From the human T2T-CHM13v2.0 reference genome, Homo sapiens, in the NCBI RefSeq assembly GCF_009914755.1, contig NC_060938.1: a stretch of DNA of 64,000 nucleotides; one strand, 5' to 3'. The position numbers were made by a program, and so were the translations under genes. Below the pieces are notes generated by a model. It did no database searches, was not told the DNA's origin, and saw only the letters and a program-made list of their open reading frames with translations. Below are positions 27,845-41,579 of the stretch, piece by piece (the stretch's first letter is position 1; each line of letters starts with the position of its first letter).

Positions 27845-27878
27845 GTGTGTGTGGTGTGTGTGTGTGTGTGTGTGTGTG
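27845..27878. repeat. (TG)n microsatellite
   Basis: TG run with one interruption. Confidence 0.95.
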
Positions 27879-29857
27879 CTCACATGCTGCTTAGGTAGTC
27901 CCCACGATATTGACCAGGAAGTGAATTCTGGATTTTAGTTGTTTTACGCAGGAAATGTCATGCTGTCCTTTAGAGAGACCCATTACATCTTGGACCTAAA
28001 CATGAAACTCTCTTTCTGCCAAACAGGATTTAAAATGCCGATCCAATGACCATAGAATAGAATGTGCTCATGGCGGCTGAGGAAATGCAGAACCAGGGAG
28101 AGTATTGGAAAGAGTCCTCTAATTAGATAGACGGAAAACTGCAGCATCAAAAAACACGGTATGATCCTTAAGACGTGTGTTTAAAAAAAGATTCATGAAA
28201 ATAAACTGGTAAAAAACACTAAACACTTTAAGGAACTACTTTGAATGTGTACAGAAACAATAGGCCTTCCAATAAAGTTTGGTTGATTTGCTACAAGTTT
28301 GTAAAGATATGAAAAGGTTCCAATACGATGTTACTAGCGTCCTTTCTTGGAAAGAACCTAGAAAGCATGTTCAGGAGCATGGGATCCCCTTGCAATGCTG
28401 TGTGCTTAGATTCTATGGATCTTGAGTATAAGACCCTGCATGTGCGTGAAACTCCAACACTGCACCCCAGCCAGCCTAGGGAGTGAGATCCATGTGCTGC
28501 CGGAGGAAGAGGTTACAGAGAGTTAACTTTCCCAGTAATAGTCCACAAATTTCCCTTCCTGCTCCCTCAACACTCATACAACCTCTGATCATTATCATAA
28601 AGTCACCTTGAGAATAAAAGTAAATGTGAATCAAACTTATGGATTTGTAACAGGAAAAAATGTGGCAATAGCCTGATTTTCACTATCCCTCCCAAGAACA
28701 AATAATAAAATCCACGAGAAGGGCAACCATATTCGTAATCCACACCCTCCACATAACTGAGAAACCAAGGGCTGTGATCTTCATATTACCTTTAATTCCA
28801 CTGGAGCTCCCACTGCCCACCCAATGCCACAAGATTCCATGAAAAAAAAAATAGAGTGAAGTGATGCACTCAGACAAAGCACAGACAATCTCACCTCAGA
28901 AGGAGGTGCAGGGTACAGATACTTCACGGGACTGGAGGCAGGGAAGAGGCTTGTAAATGTGCAGGACCAAAAGCGGTAAGCCCCATGTTTCACCTACGGG
29001 AGAGTCAGACATAAGGAAAAGAGGGGCACCCCTGGGAAGGGAGGCCCTGAGGGACAGAATAAAAAAGTGAAACCTGAGTATCCTGCAGAGACAAAAGCAA
29101 AACAAAAGCACTAATCCTTCTCCACAATTGTCCAATAAGAAAACAGCGCATTCAGGGGGCAGAACCAATAGAAAAGTTCATACTGAAATCCATGCAAAAT
29201 GGATACAAAGAGGAAAAACAAACCACACCCAAATGGAACTACCCTAAAACAATTAAGGTAAAGCAAACCATTTTTGCTGTTACCCAATTTAAAAAATACA
29301 TGCACACAAACAATAAATCTGTAACACAACACTCCAAAGTGAATTAAATATCCTCAAAGAAGCATTTGGAAAGACAAAGGCCACTGTGAGCCATAAATAC
29401 AAAAATAAGAACAGAAAAAAGATAAATATTTATATATATGTAGTATATCTGTATTTAATTTTGTTGATTAAACTCAGAATAAAAATAGGAGAAAAGGAGA
29501 TGTTTTGAATAGAAACTAGATTTTGCCTCATCAAAATACACTGTAAAGCCTGTAAAACTAAATTAGTGTGGAATTAGTGTATGAAAAGGCCAATGGGATG
29601 GGATAGAATAGAGAATCAAGAAATAGATCCATCTCCAATGGAAATCTGATATACTCTAATGGTTGTACTCAAATTACTGCAGCAAAGATGGTCTTTTCAC
29701 TAAATAAAGTTGAGGCAACTGAATAATAATTTAGAAAAATACATAATTAGATCAGTTCCTTACACCATTCAAAAGAATATCATCCCAAGTGTCAAAGGTC
29801 TAAATGTAACAAAATTATACAAGTACCAAAAAAAGTTGAATTTAACCTTTTAAAAAA

Positions 29858-30000
29858 TGCATATAACATAAACTTTACCATTTTAATCATTTTTAAGTGT
29901 GCAATTCAGTGTCATTAAGTACATTCACAGTGTTTACAACTGCCACCACTACCTGTTTCCAGAACTTTATCATCATCCCAGACAGAAACTCTGTACCTCT
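29858..30000 (-). mobile_element. L1MB-like 3' end, antisense
   Basis: catataacataaactttaccatttt...aagtgtgcaattcagtgtcattaagtacattcacagtg...ttccagaactttatcatcatccca. Confidence 0.75.
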
Positions 30001-30479
30001 TAACCTGGGTCTAGGGGAGATCTTCTGACTCTTACTCAAATCCAGATGTGATAAGCACTGGTAACTGATTATTTAACAATAAAATGTTGTACAGGGCAAA
30101 GTTGAAAGACAAATAAACTATAACAAAACATTGGTAACCTAAATTCCAAAAGGAGGAAATGTTAATCCTCCTTTTAAAAAATATTTTTAAAAATAGAGGG
30201 AAATGAACAGCACTTCTATATGAATGAACAAAAGATAGGAAAAGGCAATTTACAACCAGACATATAAAAGAACCTGAAAGTATATGGAAAGATTTTTCAA
30301 GTTCCCTCATAATAAGATAACTGAACATTAAAGCTACACTGCGATACAGGCTCTTACCCATCAGATGAGCAAAAAAATCGTTTGACAGTGCATACAACTA
30401 GTGAAACTGTAGGGGGAAAAGTCCACTCACGCACTCTTGGTGGGAATGCAAAACGATACAGTCCCTATGAAGGAAAGCA

Positions 30480-30648
30480 TACACACACACACACACACAC
30501 ACAAATACATATATACACACATACATATATACATACATATAAACACACATATATGCATATAACACATATACATATATACTTATGTATACATATATACATA
30601 TATACATGTGTATATATACACATATATACACATATATATATTATATGT
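30480..30648. repeat. (CA)n/(TA)n compound microsatellite
   Basis: A CA run followed by a degenerate catata/tatata tract. Confidence 0.9.
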
Positions 30649-30944
30649 ATTTTATTTTTTTACATGGAGTTTTGCTCTTGTTGCCTGCGCTGGAGTGTAG
30701 TGGCGCGATCTCAGCTCCCTTCTGCCTCTCGGATTCAAGCCATTCTGCTGTCTCAGCCTTGTGAGTAACTAACTGGGATTACAGGAGCCCGCCACTGCGC
30801 CTGGCTAAATTTTTTTGTATTTTTAGTAGAGACGGGGTTTCACCATGTTGGCCACGTTGGTCTCGAACTCCTAACCTCAAGTGATTAGCCCGCCTTGGCC
30901 CTCCAAAGTGGTGGGATTACAGGCATGAGCCATTGTGCCTGGCT
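30649..30944 (-). mobile_element. AluSp/Sq-like
   Basis: ggagttttgctcttgttgcc...gggattacaggcatgagccattgtgcctggc. Confidence 0.9.
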
Positions 30945-31439
30945 AGAAAGCAATATTGCATTTCCATTTACCCTCATTCTAGCAACCCCACTTCTGGGAA
31001 ATTCCCTGGAAAAACCTCTTCCAACCACGCTAAAGTACACATGCATGAGGGCGTAACTTGTAGCATGACTTTTACTGCAATCGTTTGGAATTACTGAAGT
31101 GTCCAAGCATAGACGATTGGCTGAATAAACTACAGTACATACACACAATGGAGTATTTCGAAACTATAAAAATGAATGAGGTTGATCTCTGCAAAAGGAA
31201 GTAGAGCAGTTTCCAAGAGCTATTATTAAAGGATAAAAGGAAAATGCATGAAAGCATATGCTACCTTCATGTAAGAAAAATATATGTAAGATAAAAACAC
31301 ACAGGTGTATAGTTTTGCAAAAAGAAACATAAGATTAAAAAAACAGCAAACAATCTAGTTGGTTATCTAGGAGGGTAGAGAGAACAGAGTAGAAGTAATG
31401 CAGGAGGGGGACACTTCTCTGACTATACCTATAAGCAAA

Positions 31440-32840
31440 GATACCCCAACAGCAGTAAGCACATCTGAGACCCAGATCGTCAATACTCTTCCCCACTAAA
31501 AGGAACCAGGGCTTCTGAGAGAAATAGCCAATTCCAGGGCTGGGACAGGAAAACTGCAAGACGAGCCTGGAATACCTTTCTATGCCATATATTAAGGAAG
31601 TGTTCAAAGGATTGATGGGGCATTTTGTAAAACTACGGGGAGAAATTTGAAGGGACTTATGCTGGCTAAATTTGGGACAGTTTGAGCACCAAGAGAACTA
31701 AAAAACATACTAAATTACCCATTGAACAATTAAGAATCCATGTGCTTTTACGGATAATAAAGAGCATTAAACGAAGACATACCTTAGTAGGAGGAAGGAG
31801 GGGGGCTCTTGCTCACACTGGAGCACCAGGTGTTGACCTGCTAAACATGGAGAAAGTAGGAGGAAGGAGGGGGGCTCTTGTTCACACTGGAGCACCAGGT
31901 GTTGACCTGCTAAACATGCAGAAAGTAGGAGGAAGGAGGGGGGCTCTTGCTCACACTGGAGCACCAGGTGTTGACCTGCTAAACATGGAGAAAAGATGGG
32001 AGTGAGAGAATCATGGTTTTTCACTCATCACAGTAAGCCTTAGTTCAGGTAAGAAGCATCAGTGGATGCCAAATTTCAGGGGAAATCTTGATGAAGCATG
32101 GGATATTTTTATAGTTTTCAGAACTTAGGATATTTCCCACAGATTATTGATTGCAAGAGAAAACACGTAATTTTATCATGGAGAAACTGGACACCAAGTT
32201 GACATCTTAACAACATCAGCAGCACTGATGAGGGACATTGTGCGTCCCCAGCTGCGAGGCCCTGAATACAACCCAGCATCATGTCGGTACTACCGCAGCG
32301 TCACGTTGGTACTATCGCATTCAGGAACACAGCCTGTTTCTGGTCACGGGAAAACTGCAGACAAATCCAAAATGAGGAATCATCTTCTAAAAAGGGAGGG
32401 TTATATTGTTCACAAGGTTAATATAACAGTAAGAAGAAATGCTGTGAAAAAGTTTCAGAATAAAGGACACTAAAGAGGCATGACAGCTAACTGCAATCCT
32501 CTCTTAACTGGAGCCCGTCCTGAAGGGAAACAAATCCTAGTAAAGATATTATTGGGTCATTTGATGAATTAGATCTCAGACAGCAGGTTATATACGAGTA
32601 TATGAGAATGTGTATATATTATATGTTGTAAACATACAAATATGTAAAAAGAAATGCATATACAAATAAGTGTAGAGGTATATAAGTATACATATAAATA
32701 TATGTGTGAGAAAAAATAATTAAAGAATTGGTATAATATTAACACACGTAGTGAATCTGGGTAAAGTGTATAAGTGTTCTTTGTATTTTCATTGCAACTT
32801 TTCTGTAAGTATTGTTCTCAAATAAAAAGTTTAAAAAAAT
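31440..32840 (+). mobile_element. L1MC-type 3' UTR
   Basis: ccccactaaaaggaaccagggctt...gccaattccagggctgggacaggaaaa...gagcctggaa resembles the L1MC3/4 3' end. Ends with AATAAA and an A-rich tail near 32820-32840. Confidence 0.65.
31786..31994. repeat. 69-bp tandem triplication inside L1MC
   Basis: agtaggaggaaggagggggctcttg(c/t)tcacactggagcaccaggtgttgacctgctaaacatg(g/c)agaa occurs at 31786, 31855 and 31924. Confidence 0.95.
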
Positions 32841-33142
32841 AAATATGTAGAAATGTGTTATTATATGGTCTCCATTATTTGTAATTTACAACCTGTTTCA
32901 TTTTATTTTACCAAATGTAAATTTAAAAAAAATAATCCCACACACTCCCTATGCTAATGTTTCCTTGAATTTTTGTCATTCTGATCTTATCTTTCCACTC
33001 CATTCTACTTGTCCCCAAAAAGACTTAGTTCCTCAGTTATGATAGTTACATCCTAAAGATTTTTAGGAACCTATAGTTACGTTGCTACAAATGGATTACC
33101 ATATATTCTGGTTCTTTGGTTATTGTTTCTCAGCTTTGAATT

Positions 33143-33680
33143 TGTCACGGTCAGATGCTGAAATTAGGACTTGACAAGCTTCCCTCCTTGTCAACGGCAT
33201 CCAGGTTGGTCCTGCCAGGGTCAGGAGCACCGGAGGGAGCCTGGGAGGCAGGTGGTGGGAGAAGGGACCGGTTCCTACTGGCGTTGTCATCTACCCAGGC
33301 TGCTCAGCAATGCCCTTCACCCTGGCAGCAGCGGTCAGTAGCCATAACATCAGTTCCCATGCCTGGCTTCTTTTTGTGCTCCCGGAGACACCCTCCCCAT
33401 GAGCCTCTCAAAGGCCTGAGCACAAGCTGGGCAGTGCCCCTTCTTGGGGGACTGAGCCCCAGCTCTGGGGACCCCTCCTCCAGCTTCTGGATTCTAGTAA
33501 CCCCAACTTCTTTCCTTTGTTCCTCAGCCCTAGACAGCTGGTGGCTGCCCCTGCAGTTTCACTCTCTGCAATACCTCAGTTCCCCCTTTTTATTCTATTT
33601 AGTCAATTTCCCACATTTAAATCTCTGTGTACTAAAATAATTAGTGTTGTTTCTGTTTTCTTGGCTGGACCCTGAATACT
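33143..33680 (+). mobile_element. ERVL LTR (LTR33-like)
   Basis: The 3' end ttaaatctctgtgtactaaaataattagtgttgtttctgttttcttggctggaccctga and internal ccccaacttctttcctttgttcctcagcccta resemble LTR33. Confidence 0.6.
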
Positions 33681-34147
33681 GGTTTACCATATACAGTAGA
33701 TTCTTTATGCTTTTAGGCGACCAAAACAAGTTTTTGAAAGGTGCTAACAATGACCTCTATGGATACATTTATATTTTCCTCAAATTGTCTATTTTTGTCT
33801 CAGCCCCCTAAAATGAATAAAACCTTTATTTTCATATCTGTCTTCATAGCTTTAAAGTGTCCAGAAATTGATATAAATATCCAGCATAATCCTCCCTAAC
33901 AGTTCATTTTTGAAGACTTGGAAAATCGTCTTTTTGGTAGCAACTCTGATAGACACCTTGGACTGATACTAACAAGGCAACCTAGGACCCACCTGAGCCC
34001 TGAGCCCACCATCCTGAGTGATCCATAAACTTCAGAGCAGACCCCCAGTGATGGCTTCAAGGAACATGTCCAATCAGTTAATACGGAAAAAGATTTATCT
34101 ATTGGTCAGACATCATTACATTAGTAAGTCATCAAATGTGAAGCGTA

Positions 34148-34360
34148 CATTCATTCATTCAACAGATATTTGTGTAAGTCCCTGTGTGTCCACTGTTCCA
34201 AAGAGAATGAGGCAAAACGTCCGCCCTCATGGGCCTTACGTTCTAGTAGGAAACATTTGCAAGATAAATAAGTGTAGTTTACAACATGTCAGGGAATAAA
34301 CAGTGAGAAGGAAAATAAAGCAGGAAGAAGGGATGAGACGGGGCAGCATTTTAGATCGGT
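34148..34360 (-). mobile_element. L2 fragment
   Basis: cattcattcattcaacagatatttgtgtaagtccctgtgtgtcc...cgccctcatgggccttacgttctagt. Confidence 0.7.
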
Positions 34361-36133
34361 AGTTTTTAAACAAACAGATCATTGTTTTCTATAAATATTT
34401 ATTCCAAAATACCACATAACATATATCTTTCTTCTGTTTCCTGGTCTTCTCCTTTCTCTTCAACATAGCTAATTTAAAAGGACATTTTGATCCCTAATTA
34501 ACATTTCGCCCTGATATCCAGACAATATCTATCCTGTGAATCCCTATGCGTTCCCAAGTTACTCTTCGACGCAGCCGTTCCCAGTGGCCTCGATTTCCAT
34601 TCCACATTCACACTTTAGAGTCCTCTGTCTTCTACTAAGCACTCCAGAAAGCTTTGGGAGGGAGAGGTAAAGTTGCTGATACTGTAGACCTTGCTGGCAC
34701 ATTTCCTAGGGTGCTGAAGCCACCACCCTTGGGCTCCTGAATGACAGGAGAAAGAAAACAGTTAACTCACTGTGAGCCTTGGATGGTGGAATAATAATCA
34801 CGGCATTTGGGGATAGCTGCGGATGCTGAATCTGAGCCCCTCACTTCTACGCTGGGTAAGCTGAGGTGTGTCACTGCAGGACAGCTCTCCAGGTGGCCTT
34901 GGAAGATGTCCTGGGAATGCAACACTCTGAGATAAGGGTGAGCAGGCTGGAATTCTCAGGCTCTGTTCCCACCCTCCCCTAGAAACGGGACGTCCTTCAA
35001 TTCTGGAGCTCCTTGCATCATGTTCCCCCGTGGTGTAAAACCCAGGGTGGGCTGCTTTTCAGGGTCCCTCATCTACAGCACAACGGGGGCACACACAGTC
35101 AAAGCTCCATCCACCCCGGCAGCTTTCTGAGTCTCGAGGAAGCAGCTCCCACAAACTCCTGTTGTTCCTTGCTGCCTATCCACAAGTATCAAATCTGCGT
35201 CATGTGAGTTGATGCCTGGGAGTGTGCTCTCCCTCCACAGACTCAGGCACGCCAGTCACCGCTCACAGTGAGCCTGCCTCACAGGTTATTCTTTTAATTT
35301 GTAAAATGAAAATGCTTTTATCTTCCCTTCAGGATACTGTGAGGGTTACATAGAATAATTTACACAATGTCATTAAAACACATATGAACACTTCAACAAA
35401 TGTTGATTCCGTTCACCCCTACTCACTCCCGCCAGCTCATGCAAACTTTTCTGCTTTGTGAGCAAAAAGAAAAAAAAAATAAATACACACTGTGAACTGA
35501 CAGAGAGATTCCAGGTGGCTGGTGTTGTGTGCCTAAAAGGTCACCGAATTAATGGTTCTACTGTTTAAAACTCGTTTTCGAATCGCTGTGAATGGGCAGA
35601 TGAGACATTCATAGACTTGAGTTGCAGCCTGGGCAACACATTGAGCAAATAGGTGAGATTAATAATTATTTCCATCCCGTTCAAACCCTTAATGAATGCT
35701 TTTCGGGAGACGAGAATGGTGGGGAGGGTTTTTCTGCAAAAACACAGAATCAAGTTAGAGCAGCCAGATCACATCAAGTTTTGTGTCTTTCAACTTTTGA
35801 AAGACAACCTTTAAGACTGCAACAGGGGTACCTGGACAAAAAAGAGATAGTCTTATGACAGTATAGATGAGGAAGAGGCAGGCTAGTCGGCAATACTCTT
35901 TGACCAGGCCCAAGGATGGAGGCTGAGTAAACAAGGTCAGCCAGCATCAGCAAGAAGGAGGACCCCGAACAAAATCAATCGACTCATCTTTGCAGCTCTC
36001 ACAACTATGTCCTGGAACATTTAGATTCCATATCTCCTTTTTTACAAAGCTAATTGTGGTCTGCTTTGTAGATGTGGTGAAGAAATATAAAATAAATATG
36101 TAAACAGGCTTGCATATTTTTAAAATTAGAATG

Positions 36134-36355
36134 CAGGTCCTCCTAGACTTCCAGTGGGGTTACAGCCTGATAAACTAATCATAAGTCTAAAATATCATAA
36201 ATCAAAATGCATTTAATACCTTGATAAACCCATGATAAACTCAAAATATCCTAAGGTAAACCATTGTAAGTCCAGATACTCCTTGACCTACAATGGGGTA
36301 CGTCCCAATAAACCTATTGTAAGTCAAAAAATACTAAATTCAAGTTAGTCAGGGT
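36134..36355 (+). mobile_element. MER47-family TcMar-Tigger element
   Basis: caggtcctcctagacttccagtggggttacagcctgataaac...aaaatgcatttaatacc. The terminal motif recurs at about 36272. Confidence 0.7.
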
Positions 36356-36469
36356 TTGTGTTTCTTTCTCTTAGTTCTCCAAACATTCATGTTGAAGAGA
36401 GGAACGCAGGGGAGAATTTAGAGAGACATAAAGGAAGTTTGCAAAAACGTATCCTTTATGTCCCATGGT

Positions 36470-37455
36470 TTATTTTATGAACGTAAACTTTTTACTTAGT
36501 ATAATATGCATCCAGAGATGTGGACGGATTATAAGTGGTACAGCTCAACAAACTTGCACAAAACAAACACAGCCATCTAGTCAGCACCTGGATCAAGAAA
36601 CAGAGAGCATTACTGCACCCCCAAAACCTTCCTGGTGCCCTTCCCGTCACTACCCCAAACAGGGGTAGCTACTACTCTGAGCCTCTAAGACCATAGTATT
36701 GTTTTACCAGTTCCTTTTTTTTTTTTTTAAGATGGAGTCTCACTCTGTCAACAGGATGGAGTTCAGTGGCATGATCTCGGCTCACTGCAAACTCTGCCTC
36801 CCGAGTTCAAGCAATTCCCACCTCAGCCTCCCGAGTAGTTGGGACTACAGGCACGTACCACCACACTCGGTTAATTTTCTTGTAGTTTTAGTAGAGACGG
36901 GGTTTCACTATGTTGGCCAGGCTGGTCTCGAGCTCCTGACCTCGTGATCTGCCCACCTCGGCCTCCCAAAGTGCTGGGATTACAGGCATGAGCCACCACA
37001 CCCAACCAGTTTTACCATTTCTTAAGCTTAAGTCAATGTAATTGTACAGTATGTACTGTTGTATGTGCTTCTTGTCTACAACATGGCATTTGTGAGATGC
37101 ACCTGTGCTGCAGTGTGTGGTCGTTTGTTCATGCTCATTGCTGCATTGTATCCCAGCTTCAAAAAAAGTCCACTCTGCTGTTGATGGGCACCTAGTAGTT
37201 TCCAGTTGGGAGCTATTGCAAAGAGTGCTGCTATAAACATTTTAATAATATCTATCTTTTGGTGATCACATGCACACATTTCCATTGGGAATATGCCTAG
37301 GATTGGAATTCTTGGGTTCAGTTATGCCCAGCTTTAGTAAATACAGCAGTGCACACCCCCAGGAGCAGAGTAGGAGAGTCCCAACTGCTCCACATCCTAG
37401 CCAACAATTAATACTGTCTGTATTTTCCATCTTAGCCATTCTAGTTGGTGTCACA
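36470..37455 (-). mobile_element. L1ME-like antisense fragment split by an Alu
   Basis: aagtggtacagctc...gttgatgggcacctagtagtttccagttgggagctatt...cacatcctagccaaca...ttagccattctagttggtgt. Confidence 0.75.
36714..37007 (-). mobile_element. AluS (Sc/Sg-like)
   Basis: A T-run, then gatggagtctcactctgtc...ctcgtgatctgcccacctcggcctcccaaagtgctggg. Confidence 0.93.
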
Positions 37456-38164
37456 TATATTTTAAAATAATATAATCAAGAAAAATGGATTATAAGAGAT
37501 AAAAGTAATATAACTGACCACTGTGTGGTGGGCCTGGATACCCACATTTTAAACAAACTCCAATTGCTTTTGGTGCAGATTGTAATGGTACAACAGTTAC
37601 AGAAGCACTGTACCAGGGGAGGAAAACTACAGTTTTTGAAAATTGGTATGTGGTAGGCACTAGATTGAGTGATTTTACTATGTATTTCAAAATAACCTAA
37701 ATTGATTAATGTTATTTGCCTCCATTTACAGAGGTGCAATGAAGATTTAGAAAGTCAGGCATTTTTCCCATGCCACACATCTTGTTAATTGTAGGGCCAG
37801 TGATTCAAACCCAGATCTTTCCTCCCCTGAGCCTACAACAACCAAGAGGCAATCAATCTCTTCAGCGCAATTGTTTCTGAGCAGCCATGTCTTGGGTGTG
37901 GAATCCCAGATTTGGGTAAAAACTATATCTTTTCAAGATGTGAAATTGTCTCTCCACAAAAAATGGTCATAGCCAATCTTTATGTAGCAATAGCACAATT
38001 TTTGTGCAGCTCTAGTGAGTATTGAAAAGTTCGTAAAGGGCCTGGAAACAGGTATTTACTGACATGCCACCTGGTCACGTCCTGGGCCTCGCATAGTTTG
38101 TTGTTTGAATCAGTGTGCGGGTGAGTGTGTGTGCCAAAGGGCAGGCTTGTTAAAATTGAAGGTT

Positions 38165-38557
38165 CATTAGTTATTCAATACTGCCAGACAAGGTACCCCA
38201 AATCGGACTGACTTACATTTCTCACAGCTCTCTGGGTGGGCCAAGAGGTGCTTTTGCTGATCTTGCATGGGTTCAGCTGTGTTGGATTAGGCTGAGCTCA
38301 GCTGGGTGAACCGCAAGAGCTCCTCCTTTCCAGGTCGTCTTTCAGTCTCAAAGAGGATCATTGACTTCCTCTCATGAAGGCAGCAACGTCCCAGGAAAGT
38401 GAAGGCAGAAGAGGCAAGGCCTCTTGGGGGTCTTTCACCGCATTCTGTTAGTCACCGCAAATCACAAGTTCAGCCCAGAGTGAAGGGGTGGAGAAATAGA
38501 TCATGTCCCGATAGGAAAGCTACAAAATAGCATGGCCATGCTTTTCAGTCAGCCACA
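38165..38557 (-). mobile_element. MLT1 (G/H-like) MaLR LTR
   Basis: tttctcacagctctctgggt...cattctgttagtca...cagcccagagtgaaggggtggagaaataga...cagccaca. Confidence 0.55.
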
Positions 38558-40148
38558 GTGGATGAAAACCTGGATATGCCAGCACAAAGGAGAGCTGAAT
38601 GAACATTAATATTTTACTGGTATCATAACTACTACTAAAATCATTAAATATAAAGAAAACAGTGGTTTTTAAAATTATGTTTCTTAGCATCAATTAAGGC
38701 CCTTGAATAAATATCAGCCCAGTGCCAAGTGCACACGTATTCGTTAAAATCCAGGTACTAATATTACCACGAAAGCCAAACTGAAATTCCCAGCAGCGCG
38801 TCTCTAAGCTGCCTTGATGCCATTTCTCTCCCTGACCACGGTCAAGGCCCCAGTAAACTCTTAATGCGACTGCCGGCACTTGTTTTCGCACACCTGGACA
38901 TTTCTGGGTTTCTTCTTCTATTTTGCTTCCAACGCTTCTCTCCCCACTCAGCTATCTGTAGTTATAACTGGCAATAAATACTCATTGCTTCAAGTTGGCT
39001 TTCTTTCTGGTACCCCGACCCTTGAGAGATGATGATACTTGATTTTCTCTTTTTCTTTGATTTCTGACCCCCTGTCCGTCTTTAACCACATCTTGTTGCC
39101 TATGTCTCATCTCCTCCTCCATGAGATGGGCTACCCCACTCCATTCCTGCATGGAACCTTAGTCCCCGGACTCTGCCTGGCTCAGGGTTAAGGGTCAGAC
39201 ACTTGCTGAGAATGGCAGTTCAGACTCCAACACACTCTCTCAGGACCCATTGGATAACTGCAAGGAAAACACACACAAAATAAAACACGACCCAGCAATT
39301 CCATACGTGTGCAAGCTATGACTGCATTCAAGAAGGCCAAACTTACTAGAAGGCATTCACATGAGCATAAATAATAGAATCTAAATCGAAATAGTCATAG
39401 TAAAAACTGTGTTCCAAGTTTTTTAACTTTTTATGTTTATTACTTCGAAAGTACTTGGTTTAGATGGTGCCTAATGAAACAAGAGGATGTAATGATGGTG
39501 GGTATTAAAGTTCATAAGTTGAGGTTAATTTGACCCAAATGGAAGCTAATGTGCTGTTATGGAGGATAGTACAGAGGAAGAATTTAGAAAGATAACCTCA
39601 GTGCTATGTGCAGAAGCCACTACTGACCCCATTTCTAGGGCACTTTGATGAGAGAGTAAGTAAATGGAAATATCTGAACATAAGAAAGAAGAAGAAACAG
39701 ACTTGAAGACAAGCCAGCCATAAGTGGAAAAGTGCAGAAAAAGGATAAAAATGACCAGAGTTTGCATTTTATGTCACGACTTACATATATGAAAAAGCTG
39801 GGAAAAGGACAGGGGAACACAATTCTGCTTTTATGATGAAGTGGAGATATGTGTAGCAGATGCACCTGTGGAAATCACTTAAGCAAAGCCTGAGAATGTA
39901 CCTGCACCAGATCTGTGTAAACTGCATGCTTTTGACAAATGACAGTGCTCCTCCTGTCCAGCCTGCCACCGCTCAATGGCCCTGTATGAAAGTTTCCTTA
40001 ATAAACCCCGTATCCTGTTCACTGGCTCCAGGTCTTTTCTTCAGCCTCTTGAACCTGGTGCCATCCTTACCAAAGCCAATAAGGATCCAGCACAACTGGT
40101 GAGGAAGCCAGTAAGTCAGAGCAAACCCCGTGAATACTAAGATGATAG

Positions 40149-40587
40149 CATCAGGGAAGGGGAGATCCACGGGGGAGACCCTGGGCCGGCTGTCCATGCC
40201 TATGATCAGGGAAGGGGAAATCCGCGGGGGAGACCCTGGGCTGGCTGTCCATGCCTATGATCAGGGAATGGGAGATCCATGGGGGAGACCCTGGGCCGGC
40301 TGTCCATGCCTATGATCAGGGAAGGGGAGATCCGCGGGGGAGACCTTGGGCTGGCTGTCCATGCCTATGATCAGGGAATGGGAGATCCATGGGGGAGACC
40401 CTGGGCCGGCTGTCCATGCCTATGATCAGGGAAGGGGAGATCTGCGGGGGAGACCCTGGGCTGGCTGTCCATGCCTGTGATCAGGAAAGGGAGATCCACG
40501 GAGGAAAACCTGGGCCAGCTGTCCATGCCTATGATCAGGGAAGGGGACATCCACGGGAGAGACCCTGGGCTGGCTGTCCATGTCTAT
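40149..40587. repeat. 55-bp minisatellite, about 8 copies, in the proviral leader
   Basis: gatcagggaaggggagatccacgggggagaccctgggccggctgtccatgcctat, with tcaggg at 40151, 40206, 40261 and onward. Confidence 0.95.
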
Positions 40588-41151
40588 GTGGGCCTTATAG
40601 CCACTATCCTTAATGGATGAGGCCAAATGAGTGAGTATGATAACCCCCTGAAAATGCTGAGAGGTCTGGAAGAGCTGTGGCAGGGGGCATATCTATCTAA
40701 GCAAGGTTAGATGCCCAAGTTTTGGCAGCCACAACGGGCGGCTGCTCCTGACTACACTCCAAACAGACACTGAGGCTCAGCTCACAGCACAGGCAAAGGT
40801 GCATCAAGTACAAGACAATTTATGACCAGAAAGAGATACAAGATTATCTCAGGTTGAAACATCAGAGACTTACTGTCCTGCCTGTGAGAACAGGGTGGCA
40901 AAATGGAGACCCTGGATCATTGGGTAGCCCATTTGAAGGGTCGCTGACTGCCACATCTACTAGTCAGGGCTATCATGACCCAATCATCCTGGGGCCCTAA
41001 GTCCTAGGGCCCCATGGAGAGCCCCGCTGGGAGGAGAGTGAGGACAAGGACTGAGATAAGTCCATAGAGATTCCCAGCCCCCGATGCACATCTAGTGGTC
41101 ACCACCAAGATAAAGGCAGGCCAATCACTCCCTCAGGGAGTAGACCCACAA

Positions 41152-41335
41152 AACTCTCCCCTGCCTGAAAGATGGCAGCACGACACAGCACAGGGCGGCA
41201 CCACTATGGAACTCTCTCCCCTGCCTGAAAGATGGCAGCATGACACAGCACAAGGCAGCACCACTGTGGAACTGTCTCCCCTGCCTGAAAGATGGCAGCA
41301 TGACACAGCGCAGGGTGGCACCACTGTGGAACTGG
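41152..41335. repeat. 60-bp triplication in the proviral gag remnant
   Basis: ctgcctgaaagatggcagca occurs at 41161, 41221 and 41281. Confidence 0.95.
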
Positions 41336-41579
41336 TGGAGCTGGGAAATAGTTTCAGGAGGAAGGGGGAGAGCTGATCACGGGTGGCTTCTACCACTAGG
41401 GGACATGAGGTGCTGTATCTCTGCATTTGAGGTGAGTGGAATGGTGTCCACCACAAGCCACCCGGTCCTGAGGCAGCACCGCTGCAGCTCCAGTAATGAG
41501 GATTGAGCCATACCTATGGTAGCTGGGTGGTTGTGGCTGCAAGGGGAACTGGCCAAATGAGTGAGACACCACCCCCACC

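Larger units (their letters stand above)
29510..31440 (+). mobile_element. old L1M ORF2/3' remnant (interrupted)
   Basis: Degenerate L1 ORF2 blocks (atagaatagagaatcaagaaatagatcca, cttacaccattca, ggtgggaatgcaaa, tagcaaccccacttctgggaatt), interrupted by an antisense L1 piece, a CA/TA repeat and an Alu. Confidence 0.65.

Noticed and set aside
33155-33640. 161-aa ORF
   Set aside because: It coincides with an LTR33-like LTR, and the peptide has no recognisable domain.
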